A DNA stretch of 64,000 bases, taken from positions 108,438,001 to 108,502,000 of the forward strand of contig OZ024742.1 of the NCBI GenBank assembly GCA_964016885.1, read 5' to 3'. This DNA comes from Eledone cirrhosa. Its lineage: Eukaryota. Below, in pieces: positions 24,931 to 37,813 of this stretch (position 1 is the first letter of the stretch; each line of letters opens with the position of its first letter). The translations under genes were made by a program, and so were the position numbers. The notes under the pieces were generated by a model. The model was not told the origin of the DNA, ran no database searches, and saw only the letters and a list, made by a program, of their open reading frames with translations.

Positions 24931-25478
24931 TTTTAATATGTGTACATATTTCTCTGTGTTCTATTATTTCATTTGATATAATAAATATTGATTGATTGAT
25001 TGATATATCAACTAGGTAACAGAAAGCCGGTAATGAATACACACAGTTCTCGGATGGATTCTCAATCGATAGACGGAGAAAAGATTAATGGTTTCATAAA
25101 TAAATTGACGAATAAATTAATGGAGGAGTGACTGAATGAAAAACTGATTGACAAAAAGAATGCGTAAATGAAAAAACTCGAAAGAATTATCAAGAGGTAC
25201 ACATTAAAATGGCTGTATTTTAGGGATGAGATTGCTTGGCAAGGAAGAGATACCGGTTAGGAGAATGAGAAAGATCGTGTTTAAATGTAATAACATTTCT
25301 ATGAATACAAGAACTGGTTCTTTCAGTGATTGGATGTTGGATGTATTTGACAAATGGGATTTTCAAATTTTCCTTCTTACAAAATTTGCATCGACTCAGC
25401 TTTGCAGTATACTTGCTTTAGATATGATATTCTATTTGAGTCTGTGTGATATTGATAAAATATTTTTCGTTCGTATAT

Positions 25479-25523
<45 letters not shown>

Positions 25524-26033
25524 AATTTAATTATCGTACCGAGATATTTCCTGATGCTATTCTGAATTCCACGGTTACTTGCTGATCACACCCTGAAAAT
25601 AACTATTCCATCACATCGCATATATAGTAAATATTATTGGAGTCGTAAATATAAAATTCTACCGGCAGCTTTGTAAGTGAAATAATACTGTATATAAATT
25701 AGATACAGGAATATTAACCTCGAAATCTACAGTAATAATATAATTAGTAATCATTGTGACCCATTGTAACTGTTTAAAGTGGTGATGGCCTGTGTAGGAG
25801 CATTTACAGTTTTTGGCAACAATTTGTGCAAAGTACACCACGAGACTAATAAGCAGGAGACCTCAGGATTCCTATTCAGTGTTTTCCATCTAAATAGATG
25901 GGCAGCCAAGCAACTATCTACACATGACGTGAGCTATCTCACCCCAGACACCAGCCTCTTATTTTTAACTCTGTACACATACTTCCTCTTCTCACTCTCT
26001 GTTTTTCTATTTCATCTATAGTTACGCATTCTA

Positions 26034-26069
26034 TCTTCTGACGAAAGACTAGTGTCCGAAACGTAAAGA
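26034..26069 (+). ncRNA. minimal hammerhead ribozyme in a PLE pLTR remnant (about 25960-26150)
   Basis: TCTT-CTGACGA-A-AGAC(TAGT)GTCC-GAAA-CG-TA-AAGA; decayed homologues at about 20030-20180 and 41770-41850. Confidence 0.7.
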
Positions 26070-26156
26070 CTATTTTGCTACTATATCAAGCGTTAAACTA
26101 ATATATTTCTTCGTTGTACTGTGTTGCTTGCTTTATTGTTTCCGTTTACGTTTTGC

Positions 26157-26226
<70 letters not shown>

Positions 26227-26229
26227 TGC

Positions 26230-26262
<33 letters not shown>

Positions 26263-26263
26263 T

Positions 26264-26298
<35 letters not shown>

Positions 26299-26329
26299 TG
26301 TATGCATGTATGTATATAGTGGCTCTTCT

Positions 26330-26615
26330 ATCATGACTGACCATGGAGTGGCACCTGCCAGGTAATTCATTAAAACGCGCAAGCCTGACAAAGGTATTTT
26401 GTGGGAAACCAGCAGTCACCCATACATGTCAATTTTTTTCTCCCATTCACCCATTTTATTTCACCAAAATTTGATACTTCTTGGTTTTAGTGTCGTTACA
26501 ACCCATTAATTACATTTGAGGAGACTGGAGCAACGTGAAATAAAGTGCCTTATGCGGGATTCAAACTCACCACTTTTATGATCGCGAGCCGGACACCTTA
26601 ACCATTAAGTCATGG
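26330..26615 (-). mobile_element. old tRNA-derived SINE
   Basis: reverse complement ATGACTTAATGGTTAAGGTGTCCGGCTCGCGATC...GTGAGTTTGAATCCC. Confidence 0.6.
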
Positions 26616-26754
26616 GCCTTATGATTCACACACACACTTATATGTGTGTATATATGTATGTATATATGTGTGTATATATATATGTGTGTGAGACAGAGAA
26701 AGAGAGAGAGGGAAAAGAGAGAGAGAGAGAGATAGGAGGAGAGAGAGAGAGAGG

Positions 26755-26806
<52 letters not shown>

Positions 26807-27151
26807 AAGTGTAAATGTTGGTGCGAAATTTGCTATATTTTGTCTGAGATAATGAACGCTTCTACAAACATTTTAGTGCTCAGATATTTTGCTTTTCTAT
26901 CTTACGAAAAAAAAAAAAAAAAAATATTCGAATAGTTTCAGATGTTGTTTTGTTCTTGTTTAGTTCTTTTTCTGTTGTTGTTGTTGTTTCTTCGTATTTC
27001 TTCTTCCTGAAATACTATATTTTAACCAGGGCAAGATGACCTACAATATATTTGGAATTCTACTGAACTTTCTTTCCTGCTTTTCTATTTTTTAATAGAC
27101 ATATTTTTGTTTCTCTGTATAAAAAGACGTACGTACGTTCACAATAAATCG

Positions 27152-27313
<162 letters not shown>

Positions 27314-27977
27314 GTAAGAGATATATTGATGTTTTACATGTGTGTGAGTGTACGTATGTGCATACATATATGCACCTATATTTGTATATATATATATATA
27401 TTTATATATATGTATGCACACACAGACACACACACACACACACATACTTACACACACACACACACATATATATATACATATCATACATACACAAATACAT
27501 ACGTACCTACATACATATGTATATATATACATACATCCACAAACACATACCTGCCTACATACATGTGTATGTATGTATGTATGTATGTATGTATGTATGT
27601 ATGTATGTATGTATGTATGTATGTATGTATGTATGCATGTGTGTGTGTGCGTATGTGTATGTGTGTGTGTGTGTGTATTCATAAATACATACATATATAT
27701 ATATATATAGATATGCATGTCAAGGTTTGTCTGTATATATATACTGCTATGTATATATGTATGGCTTTGTATGTAAACACAAGCTTGTTTACGCAAACGC
27801 ACTCGCGCGTGTGCACACGGGTCTGTGTACATGCATATCTGTTCTATTTGTTTGGAAAGTTTATACCACAGTCGTTATCTGCCAATGTATCGATTTATCG
27901 ATTTTTGCTTTAACATTAGAACTAATGGAAAATATAAAGATCATTTTGGTTTGCATTTCATTTTTTTTATTTTTTAG

Positions 27978-28040
27978 GTGAAAACTTTGAAATGTCTGCT
28001 CTTCGTAGAAGCCAACGTTATAGTTACAGGAACACTCGAG
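27978..28040 (+). CDS. candidate 63-bp host exon, (G)ENFEMSALRRSQRYSYRNTR; possibly contains the start codon
   Basis: long poly-T acceptor TTTTTTTTATTTTTTAG, donor GAG|GTAAAT, open frame, unique sequence; protein not recognised. Confidence 0.45.
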
Positions 28041-28293
28041 GTAAATATTACAATCTACTTGAATATTATATAATACTAGACTAGAGGCTTCGTTAAAATA
28101 AACTCTGTGTACTGGACCTCCGTCGCTTCCAACAACAAAAGTTCCAGTTGTTTAGCAATGAAACAGCTTGCTTATACCTACTCCTTTACATTTAAAATCT
28201 AAATTATAATAAAGTAAGAAGCACGGGACTGCGTACGATTTATAATTTTTTATCCCCTTAGTAAAATAAGTTGGATTACTTTGAATAAATAAT

Positions 28294-28411
28294 TGTTTCT
28301 ACGTTAGGCACAAGGCCAGCAAATACCCAGTGTATTACTGGTACTTTATTTTATAGACCCCGTAAGGATGAAAGGCAAAGTTAACCTCGGCGGGATTTGA
28401 ACTCAGAATGG
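28294..28411 (-). mobile_element. tRNA-derived SINE, 5'-truncated, 15-bp TSD
   Basis: TSD CTTTGAATAAATAAT on both sides. Confidence 0.9.
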
Positions 28412-29205
28412 CTTTGAATAAATAATGAATGAATATTACATAATTTATCACTAAATTTCGTGGCTGTTCATTAAATATATTTTATTACTTATTTAAAGAT
28501 GCACTTCTTTAAGATTTTCAAATGTCAAGACTTCAGGTTCGCGATCGTTTAAATAAAAATTCATATATTTCCGTCACTAATTTTCTCCTAAAGCAGTTTA
28601 TATATAATATCGTCTTTTTTTAATGTATCATGGATTACGTTACTGATTACATAAGACAGTGTAACGCAGTTTTCGTACAATTCTGTGTATATTGTCAATT
28701 ACGGTTTTATTTGATGTATCATATCTACATCCATATATACATGCATATATACATGCGTGTAATATCAATATACACACTACACAAGCTAGCAGAAAACCAC
28801 CCGAAGGGTGGTTTTTCTACTAGTCCTAATAAGGATTGGCTTAATGCCCAAGAATTTAATGCAGCAATATGAACATTCATGACTTTCTGGTCCTTTCAGC
28901 TAGACTTAATGTAGCAATACTAATATCCATAACTTTCCGGCCCATTCAACTAGAAATCTCAAATGACATTTTCGTACATATAAAGCTGTTGTTGGACCTC
29001 CTTCGAATACAACGATGAGTTTCCAGTTGTTCAGATAACAGAAGAGTCCGATCGTGCAATTAAGCTACAAGTAGCTGAGTATTCCATAAGTACGTGAAAA
29101 TAACATAGTTCTCGGGAAGATTCAGCATACAAAGTGTGCTTGTGTGTGCGTACACATAGACACACACATACACACACACACACATCTATGCGCACGCACG
29201 CACAC

Positions 29206-29284
<79 letters not shown>

Positions 29285-29359
29285 TTAATCTATGAAAGAA
29301 GAGTAAGTTGATTTGTAATCAACTGATTCTTATAACTTTATCCGGAATATTATTATAAG

Positions 29360-29547
29360 GGCGGTGGATTGGCAGTATCGGTAGAGGGTCGGACGCCATG
29401 CTTTCCAGCATAGTTACGTCCCTTTATGATCTGAGTTCAAATCCCGCCGAGGTTGACTTTGTCTTTCATCCTTACGGGGTCGATAAAATAAAGTACCAGT
29501 AATGCACTGGGTAATTGCTGGCCTTGTGCCTAAAGTAGAAACAATTA
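29360..29547 (+). mobile_element. tRNA-derived SINE, full length
   Basis: same family as 22249. Confidence 0.92.
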
Positions 29548-29834
29548 TAATATTAATAATAATAAACGAAAGATATATACTTTATATCACTCTATATATT
29601 TTATCATATATATTTCGAAGATGTAAAGTTTTATGTATAACATAAAACAAAACATGATCGCTTCAGACAAAATATATACGTATTTTGTTTGAAGAGGACG
29701 TGTTTTGTTTTATGTTATACATAAAACTTTTAATCAATATATATAATAAAATAAATAGAGATGATATAAATATATATCTCTCATTATATATATATATATC
29801 ATTATATATATATATCTCATTATATATATATATC

Positions 29835-29891
<57 letters not shown>

Positions 29892-29895
<4 letters not shown>

Positions 29896-30082
29896 AACCA
29901 GTAAGACCCCGACAGCTGAGCTCAAGCCGTTTCGACGGCTAATTCTCAGAATTAGCCGTCGAAACGGCTTGAGCTCAGCTGTCGGGGTCTTACTGGTTCC
30001 TATTACCCACTCTACTACCTCAAGTATTGAGTACTTTGGTGCGTTATGGTCCACCTGGTTCCTTACCACATTTCCTTCGTTA
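29892..30082 (+). mobile_element. PLE pLTR 3' end (family C) as a perfect fold-back retaining only the 3' half of a hammerhead
   Basis: palindrome 29892-30002 centred at about 29947; contains AGCCGTC-GAAA-CGGC...GCTG-TC-GGGG; (TA)n on both sides; copies at 37812, 52758 and 56851. Confidence 0.8.
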
Positions 30083-30172
30083 TATATATATATATATCCG
30101 GGAGCTTCCAACCGACATGGTCGCATTCTTTAAGGGTATGTCAATATTTGTTTATAAAACTGATCTATATTA

Positions 30173-30237
30173 TATTTTATCTGATGAAAGCGCACCATAA
30201 TTTGCTTTGGTGTCCTTGAAATATGTATAATGAAATA
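30173..30237 (+). ncRNA. type I hammerhead ribozyme (family D)
   Basis: TATTTTAT-CTGATGA-AAGCGCACCA...TGGTGTCCTT-GAAA-TATGTA-TA-ATGAAATA. Confidence 0.85.
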
Positions 30238-30367
30238 AATATGGTTTTATAAATATACTTTCCATTTGTTAATATATTGTATTTTTACTCCAAAAATTTG
30301 TTGAGTGCTTTATATCAGTTATAAAACTATTTTCTTGTTGTATCGCAACAAATTAAATATAACTTCT

Positions 30368-30488
<121 letters not shown>

Positions 30489-30570
30489 GTGAGATTAGAA
30501 ATAGCACTGAAAATATATTTAACGGTCTGTTTTTCTTTTTTTTCCTTTTCTTTGATTCGTCAAAGTGACA

Positions 30571-32244
30571 TTATTGAAAAAATGTATCAGGTATGTATTT
30601 GAGTCGTTCTTTATGGCCTGCCTTAAGTAAAGCTAAGTTGTAGTAACTAGCGTGTTCATTAAACATTTCATGGTTAGAGGATAGGCGCGAGATTCTAAGG
30701 GATATACTATTCGCTATGGAGTTAATTATGGATCTAGGATGGTTCGAGTTATAGTCAATGTAAGCTAAATTTTCATTATTTTTATAGAAGGGTTCTATTA
30801 GTCCTGAGTTAAGGTTAAACGATACGTCCAAGAAGTTGACTTTTTTAGAGTTGGGTTCAAAAGTAATGCTAAGGCCTAAGTTATTAAAGAATTTTCTAAT
30901 CTTCTTCCTTAATCTTTCTAAGTTTTGGCTATTTACGTTTCTAGCTAAAAGTCAAGTATCATCTCTATAGATTCCACCTTGTAAGTTACCAAATTCCCTA
31001 TGTAAGAAATATGCTATATAAATTCCAACCAAGTCTGTGATCTGGTCTGAGTCGGTCGATCCCATAGTAATATCGAAGTTATTCAGTCTATTTTTTCTCT
31101 CCCAGTAGCTGTTATCGAATTTAATGATAGTTCGTCTAGCGGCTAGTATTATTTTAATTCCATCTGGCGGTGGATTGGCAGTATTGGTAGAGTGTCGGAT
31201 GCCATGCTTTAGCGCATAGAGTTACGGCCCTTGCCATTCTGAGTTCAAATCCCGCCGAGGTTAACTTTGCCTTTCATCCTTACGGGGTCGATAAAATAAA
31301 GTACCAGTAATGTACTGGGTAATTGCTGGCCTTGTGCCTAACGTAGAAACAATTATTTTAATTCCATCTGCTGAAAGATCCGAATGATTTTGGGCAAAGG
31401 ATAATGCCTTATTAAGGGTGACTGGGGAGATAGAAGAGTAGTAGTCATTTATGTCAAATTGTATAAAGTCGGACGATTTTTTATTGTCTAATGAGTTGAA
31501 CCAGTCTAATGCTTCACTTGTGTTACCCCAGAGCTTGATAGTTAGTTGTTTCTTAATTTGTGGTAATATTATATTTAGTATAAACTTACTAATTCTACCT
31601 ATATCTGATTTTGAAGGACACATCAATCTAATAGTAGGGTTAGTTTCGAAGTTACATTTATGATCTTTCAGATTAAAAGTGGGTTTACAAGGTGTAAGAG
31701 GCTCGGTTCTATCATATATTTTAAGTTTGTTTACTATGTTAAGACCTTCTATGTTAATGCTGTTGAGTGTAGACTCTGTAGTTTTCTTGTATTTTTTATG
31801 TAATTCGCGGCGTATAAAATTGTTGTATGTATTAAAGCTCATGGTGTATACATTAGATGTTTTATCTGCTTTTACAATGATATCATTAGTGGCACGTAAT
31901 TTTATTATAAGTACATTGATGTTGTTCTGTAGTTTGTTGTGGTGGGTACGTTTTTTGAATTTAATCTCCTTTATCATGTTCATGAGATCAAGTTTAAAGG
32001 CATCAAGATGTGGATTGCCTGGTGGGTTTTTGCTAGATTTGAATCCATATGTTTCGCTGGTAGATCCATTAATTCGATCACTATTATTATGTCCTTTATC
32101 GTAATGATATTCTTTCCATCTGATTCTACGGATAAAGTCATTAGTTCTTTGTATCATACCGAGCATATATTCCTTATTTGTAGGTATAGTTATGTTTTTT
32201 AGGGCCATACCTATATAGTGTTTTTCCATGTTAATGCCGTGCAC
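30571..32244 (-). pseudogene. Penelope-like RT ORF (YRDD-type, Nematis-like by inference), 3'-truncated and interrupted by a SINE
   Basis: ALKNITIP...FIRRIRWK, VKADKTSN, LKDHKCNF..NPTIRL, FIQFDINDYYSSI; after the SINE FDITMGSTDSDQITDLVG, GGIYRDD, NFLDVSFNL, YIDYNSNHP. Confidence 0.9.
31166..31351 (+). mobile_element. tRNA-derived SINE inserted into the PLE ORF, 18-bp TSD
   Basis: TSD ATTATTTTAATTCCATCT at 31148-31165 and 31352-31369. Confidence 0.95.
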
Positions 32245-32801
32245 AAAATTGGTTGCTCAACCCGATGGGAGCTTGGTATGTCGGATAACAATAAATCGTT
32301 GTCTTTGTATTTCTCCACTTAAACATATTTTATCTCGTTCATTTTATCCTATAATATAATATATCTCAAACTAGCTATTTTACATAGTAATGTATATTCG
32401 TCCGTATGTTTATTTTATTTTCTCTCTTCTTCATATCCCCATATTCATGATTAATTTCTATCCCCTTCTGCTTCCTTATCCCTCTTAATCTTCCTCTATT
32501 TCTTTCTCATATTCCTTACTTATCCTTCCTCTTTGCCTATGCTATATCCCCCCTTCTCTCTTTCTATATATACCTTTATTATTATTAATATTATATTTAT
32601 ATTGATGTGATAGTTTGGTTTCGTAACTTTGCTGGTTATACATTTAACTATATCTTCGTTCCTTCTTTCGTCATTTTCTTTCTTTCTCTCTCATTTCCAT
32701 CTGTCCTCCTTCCTTTATTTATTTATCATTAATACTATTATTGATGTAGTAATATGAATTTTTAAGTTTACCGTTACGCATATATTTTATATTTCTTAAT
32801 A

Positions 32802-32902
32802 TTTTCTGATGAAATGATTGGACTTGTATTGTAAATTGAGTTATACTGTCTCCAGTATTTAGCAATTTATAGACAATTCTATCATGGAAACAATTGTAAG
32901 AC
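32802..32902 (+). ncRNA. hammerhead ribozyme with a long (about 75-nt) stem II
   Basis: CTGATGA-A-ATGATTGGACTTGT...TAAATTG...ATACTG(TCTC)CAGTAT...CAATTTA...ACAATTCTATCAT-G-GAAA-CAATTG-TA-AGA; stem I is weak. Confidence 0.6.
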
Positions 32903-33115
32903 TGTAACTAAATATCCTTGTTTGTACTGTCAACCATGTTATTCTTCACTTTTTTATTACTCCAAGATATATTTACATAGGAATACAAGGGAAGTCATAA
33001 AATCGTCACCAACGTAAACCTCTTGTTGAGTCACACAGCACCGTACGCTTAAACTGTCCATGATAAGCAGTTTTCACAGACTCTTATCGGATTACATTTA
33101 ACGATTTATTGTTAT

Positions 33116-33191
<76 letters not shown>

Positions 33192-33196
<5 letters not shown>

Positions 33197-34459
33197 ATAG
33201 TTTGGGAGGGTCTTGTTGCGGGAGTACATCATCAGGGTTAAGGAGTTGTCTTCTAATTGTTTTTTAAGTTTATTGTCCTACGATACCATGAATAGGTTAG
33301 CTATGTCACCTGCAATGCTAACACCAATGGCTGCTCCCTCCTCTTGGGCATATGTTTTTCCATTAAATTTGAAGATATGTTCCTTAATGGTTAGTTTTAT
33401 ACTGGCTCCTACCGTATGTGCAATCATTTTCTTTAGTTCATCATGGTTTTCGGGGGTCCGTATGACTCTGGTCCACTCGTTCCATCTTTCTGTGTGGGTT
33501 TTCTTGGCCATTGAGGCAATGGTAGGTGGTTTTCTTCTTGCTGGCCTTGTGGGGTAGAGGTTGCTAAGGTCATACGTATCTAGGTAATCATTATGATATG
33601 TAAGTTTAAGTAGGAGTCCCAGCTCACTGGTATCAATCCCACGGAATTCAACATTGCTCTCACTGATCATTTCCACGCATTTCTCCACAGTAAAATCCAC
33701 GTCATTGGATGGGTATAGGGACACTACATCCATACTACCTATTATACAGTCTGTTAGGTCCCTAGACAGGTTATTTTCGCTGATTCTGCTGAGGAGGTCC
33801 TCCGTGCTGTCACATATATTCGGGGACATTTCAATGATGTGGCGTACGATCAGGGAGAGGAAGTAGGAAAGTCTATAGTTGCTAGCAATGTTAGCTCCCC
33901 AGACTGGTCGTGTTGGTGGTCCTGTGACTGGGTCACTGTTCGTCTTATGGTCATTTCGAAGCCCATACAACGCTGGCACGTCACTGTTCCAGGCCTGGAA
34001 GTTGTTGGCAGTCCGTTTATTGGGCTGCATTATGTTTGCCCACATCATCATATGAGCGTTGAGGGTTTTCTCCCTATCCTCATGCTCTTGTGGTGTTACT
34101 TCTCTTGTGTTAGTGATGTGGGTTGCATTGCCTGGATGTAGTTTGACGGACTGTCAACCGACATTCTGCCAGACTTGTCTGTTGGAAAGCATGCAATCTC
34201 TCCATTACGTGAGCGCTGAATGAGCTTACGCAAGCTATTTGTATATTTTTCTCCCAGTTGCTGGGCCTCCCTTCTATTTTGCTTCTTGCTATACTGTTCT
34301 ATAATATTTCTAAGTTTAGATCTAGATATGTTATTATTTAATGAAGTGAAACAACTGGTGCGTGTGTTTCTTATTGACAACATGACCCTCCCAAAGTATA
34401 ACAATATCGGTTTCAACACAGGTTTTCAGAGAAAGAATCTTGCTAGACAAATTCAGAAA

Positions 34460-34462
<3 letters not shown>
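33192..34462. mobile_element. rearranged PLE family B insertion: internal RT fragment between inverted pLTR ends, in (TA)n
   Basis: TTGTTATAGTTTGGGAGGGTCTTGTTG at left and its near reverse complement plus 60-bp tail at right (matches 6120-6233). Confidence 0.8.
33225..34335 (-). pseudogene. PLE RT fragment (fingers to motif B), truncated just before YxDD
   Basis: FPTDKSGR, VPALYGLRNDHK, GPPTRPV, IIGSMDVVSLYPS, FKFNGKTYAQEEGAAIGVSIAGDIANLFM, ending at LMMYSR. Confidence 0.85.
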
Positions 34463-34494
<32 letters not shown>

Positions 34495-34496
<2 letters not shown>

Positions 34497-35105
34497 GTCA
34501 GGTCACCAGTTGGTGCTACTTGTAACATGTATCCCAGTACAACCTGTTTCATGGTCGGGTCGTTGGCGACTAAACTGGCAACCCCACCAAGGTTTCTTGG
34601 TGAGGAGGGTGACTTTGGACATCCTGCAGGACTAAAAACAAAACCTGTCAAAGGGCAAAGGAGCTCTTAAGAATCAATGGCCATCCAAAATCACCGGGAG
34701 AGATGACCCCTTAGCCTTTGTCAAGGCAGAATTCTAGGAGAAGGAAAACTCTGATATAACACCTGCAACTCTGATGGTATCCAATGATGTTGACATGTTC
34801 TTCTTTTTGGTAAATATCATCTTGGTTAAGAGAGTGGGACTGGCTTTGTGCAGTGCCTTTGCTCACTATAAAAGCTTCACGGCACAGGCATTGCTTTATA
34901 TCTGGAGATCTCTCTGCACTTGTCGTCACATGGTACCATGGGCCCAGCACTATGAGTCAATAATTGTCACAAGTGTAGTGTTTGTACCAGAGTTTTCAAG
35001 TCGCTGGCTGGACTAAAAAGTCACACTCGTTCAGCGCATCGGTAGGGGTTCTCCTACATTGATATAAAGTAGTGGCCGTACTCGAAAACGAGTTGGCAGC
35101 CACCA
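34495..35105 (+). mobile_element. bipartite non-autonomous RTE-derived element (5'-UTR-like part fused to the LINE 3' end)
   Basis: CTAGGAGAAGGAAAACTCTGA leader-like motif, zinc-finger-coding 3' end, no RT; (TA)n on both sides; partial copy at 23511. Confidence 0.6.
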
Positions 35106-35410
35106 TATATATATATATATATATATATATATCATAAAACATGTCTATAGAATCACCAGATAAAATATATACCATTTCCTCTCCCAATTAGCATAATTAA
35201 CTAATTAACTATATAAAAAATGGAATAGACCAGGCTATAAGAATAAGGCTTCTATGAAGAAATCTCCAACAAATAACCGAAACTAGCCCTTCGCGTCGGC
35301 CGCGACAGAATATTTATCGAATATTTCGACAGCGTAATCGTCCAGATACAGTCAATTAAACAGAATTAGGTGTAAAATAAACTAGGAGAAAATAGAATAC
35401 ATTTATTTAC

Positions 35411-35482
35411 CTCTACCATGGTTTCGTCCGCATTTTGAGATTTCCAGTAACTTTGGAACTCGAGCATCGGACTCTTCAGGAG
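35411..35482 (-). ncRNA. type I hammerhead ribozyme
   Basis: minus strand CTC-CTGAAGA-GTCCG...CGGAC-GAAA-CCATGG-TA-GAG; palindromic stem III. Confidence 0.8.
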
Positions 35483-35683
35483 TTTGCTCTAATCTAGACA
35501 TTACATTTTCCAAAGTGATCGCGCCAAGAATTCATTCAAAAATGGCTAAGAATCGTGACGTAGCAGCGGTCAGGTTGGAAGGAGTGTGTTAGTTGCATAC
35601 GGCTGGTGGCTTTTTGCTAGAAAGCACAGCACAATACAGGCAAATTTGTATCTCAACCTAATGGGAGATTATTACATATAAAG

Positions 35684-35752
<69 letters not shown>

Positions 35753-35903
35753 CGTGTTTTGCAACGGGTCACTTTGTGACTCAATGAAAAGTTAATAAAT
35801 TAAATAATCAGAGCTATATATCATAAAACATGTCTATAGAATCACCAGATAAAATATATATCATTTCCTCATCAGATAAATGTTTAACTTTTGGTTATAT
35901 ATA

Positions 35904-35959
<56 letters not shown>

Positions 35960-35988
35960 TATATATATATATAACCAAAAATTAAACA

Positions 35989-36047
35989 TTTATCTGATGA
36001 GGACGTACTGAAAAACACCACAGTACCTCCGAAATATATATAATAAA
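35989..36047 (+). ncRNA. type I hammerhead ribozyme (family E)
   Basis: TTTAT-CTGATGA-GGACGTACTG(AAAAACACCA)CAGTACCTCC-GAAA-TATATA-TA-ATAAA; partial inverted copy at 35867-35900. Confidence 0.88.
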
Positions 36048-36093
36048 ATATAATTTGATTACATTGAATGTCTATATTTATTAATATTTTTAA

Positions 36094-36141
<48 letters not shown>

Positions 36142-36149
36142 ATATACAC

Positions 36150-36228
<79 letters not shown>

Positions 36229-36539
36229 ATATACACATATACATAAATAATAATAATAGTATTTATACTTATATATAATCTATATACAATTATGAATACG
36301 AAAGTGTAATATATTGCATTACCCAATTACCAGTAAGAAATTTAGCTCAATGTAAATTATCAAATGTATTACAGAGCATAAATACAGAATAGAAAATAAT
36401 CAAATTTTTGTTTAATGCATTTAATTGCTGACGATCGTTTCTTCCAGACAATTATGTGTAGCCATCGGAGCATACACAATGTTTAAACAAGTAATTACAT
36501 TCCTAGTATTAAGAACATTCATTAAAATACATTATTATT

Positions 36540-36719
36540 GGTGAATTGGCAGTATCAGTAGAGGGTCGGACACCATGCTTTCCAGCATAGTTACGTCCCT
36601 TTACGAGTTCAAATCCCGTCGAGGTTAACTTTGCCTTTCATCCTTACGGGGTCGATAAAATAAAGTACCAGTAATGTACTGGTTAATTGCTGGCCTTGTG
36701 CCAAAAGTAGAAACAATTA
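36540..36719 (+). mobile_element. tRNA-derived SINE
   Basis: same family as 22249. Confidence 0.9.
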
Positions 36720-36900
36720 TTAACAGTGGCAGTGACATCATATTGAAAAGCAAGAGTGATAAAATAATATTACATTGAAAAGATAGCAAAATATTGGAAG
36801 CTATTATAAAGAGCGTATTACTAAAAGTGAATATATCAAACATGTTACACAGAAAATTAATAATAGTATGCATTAAGGCAATACAGATGATAGCAATAAT

Positions 36901-37083
36901 TGTTTCTACTTTTGGCACAAGGCCAGAAATAACCCAGTGTATTACTGGTACTTTATTTTATCGACCCCATAAGGAGGAAAGGCAAAGTTAACCTCGGCGA
37001 GATTTGAACTCAGAATAGCAAGGGCCGTAACTCTATGTGTCAAAGCATGGTGTCCGACCCTCTACCGATACTGCCAATCCACC
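36901..37083 (-). mobile_element. tRNA-derived SINE with TSD TAGCAATAAT
   Basis: reverse-oriented copy 180 bp from the previous one. Confidence 0.9.
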
Positions 37084-37299
37084 TAGCAATAATGAATACA
37101 AGCATGTACATGATATTACAGTAAAAAGATATCAAAATATTGAAAGGTGTTACAAGAACAGTATAACTAAAAGTGAAAATATCAGGCATATTACGCGCAG
37201 AATGTTAATATAAGCATGCATTAACAATCGTCAGCAATTAAATGCATTAAAAAAAAAGTTGATTGTTTTATATTTCATATACATACATATCTATATATA

Positions 37300-37676
37300 C
37301 TTTGTTTTTGAATTTATTTCGCAAGATTTCTTATCTGAAAACTTGTGTTGAAATAGATATTGTTATACTTTGGGATGGTCACGCTGCCAATAAAAAACAT
37401 ACGCTACTGTTGGTTTTCACTTTAATTATCATAAATTTTCGGTTGGTTGGTTGGTTCGATAACCAGATAGTTGTTTATACATTGTCAAAGCTCTTTCGTC
37501 ACACATTCTTTTACCTCCACAGTGACTGAGTTTTTATTTTGTGTCTCTTCCTTGTTATAATATATAAACAACCACCAGGTTGTCGAACTAATCAACCAAC
37601 CGGAAATTTATAATAAATTGAAAGGAAAACCAAGAGGAGTGTGTGTTTTTATTGGCAGCATGACCCTCCCAAAGTA

Positions 37677-37680
<4 letters not shown>
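37300..37680. mobile_element. PLE family B pLTR fold-back remnant
   Basis: TTGTTATACTTTGGGATGGTCA... and inverted ...CATGACCCTCCCAAAGTATAAC. Confidence 0.75.
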
Positions 37681-37735
<55 letters not shown>

Positions 37736-37774
37736 GGGGGGGGGTATGTGTGTGTATATGTGTGTGTGTGTGTG

Positions 37775-37811
<37 letters not shown>

Positions 37812-37813
<2 letters not shown>

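Noticed and set aside
31261-31351. Recurrent peptide [31 protein letters not shown] ending several ORFs
   Set aside because: It is the antisense translation of the SINE, not a conserved protein domain.
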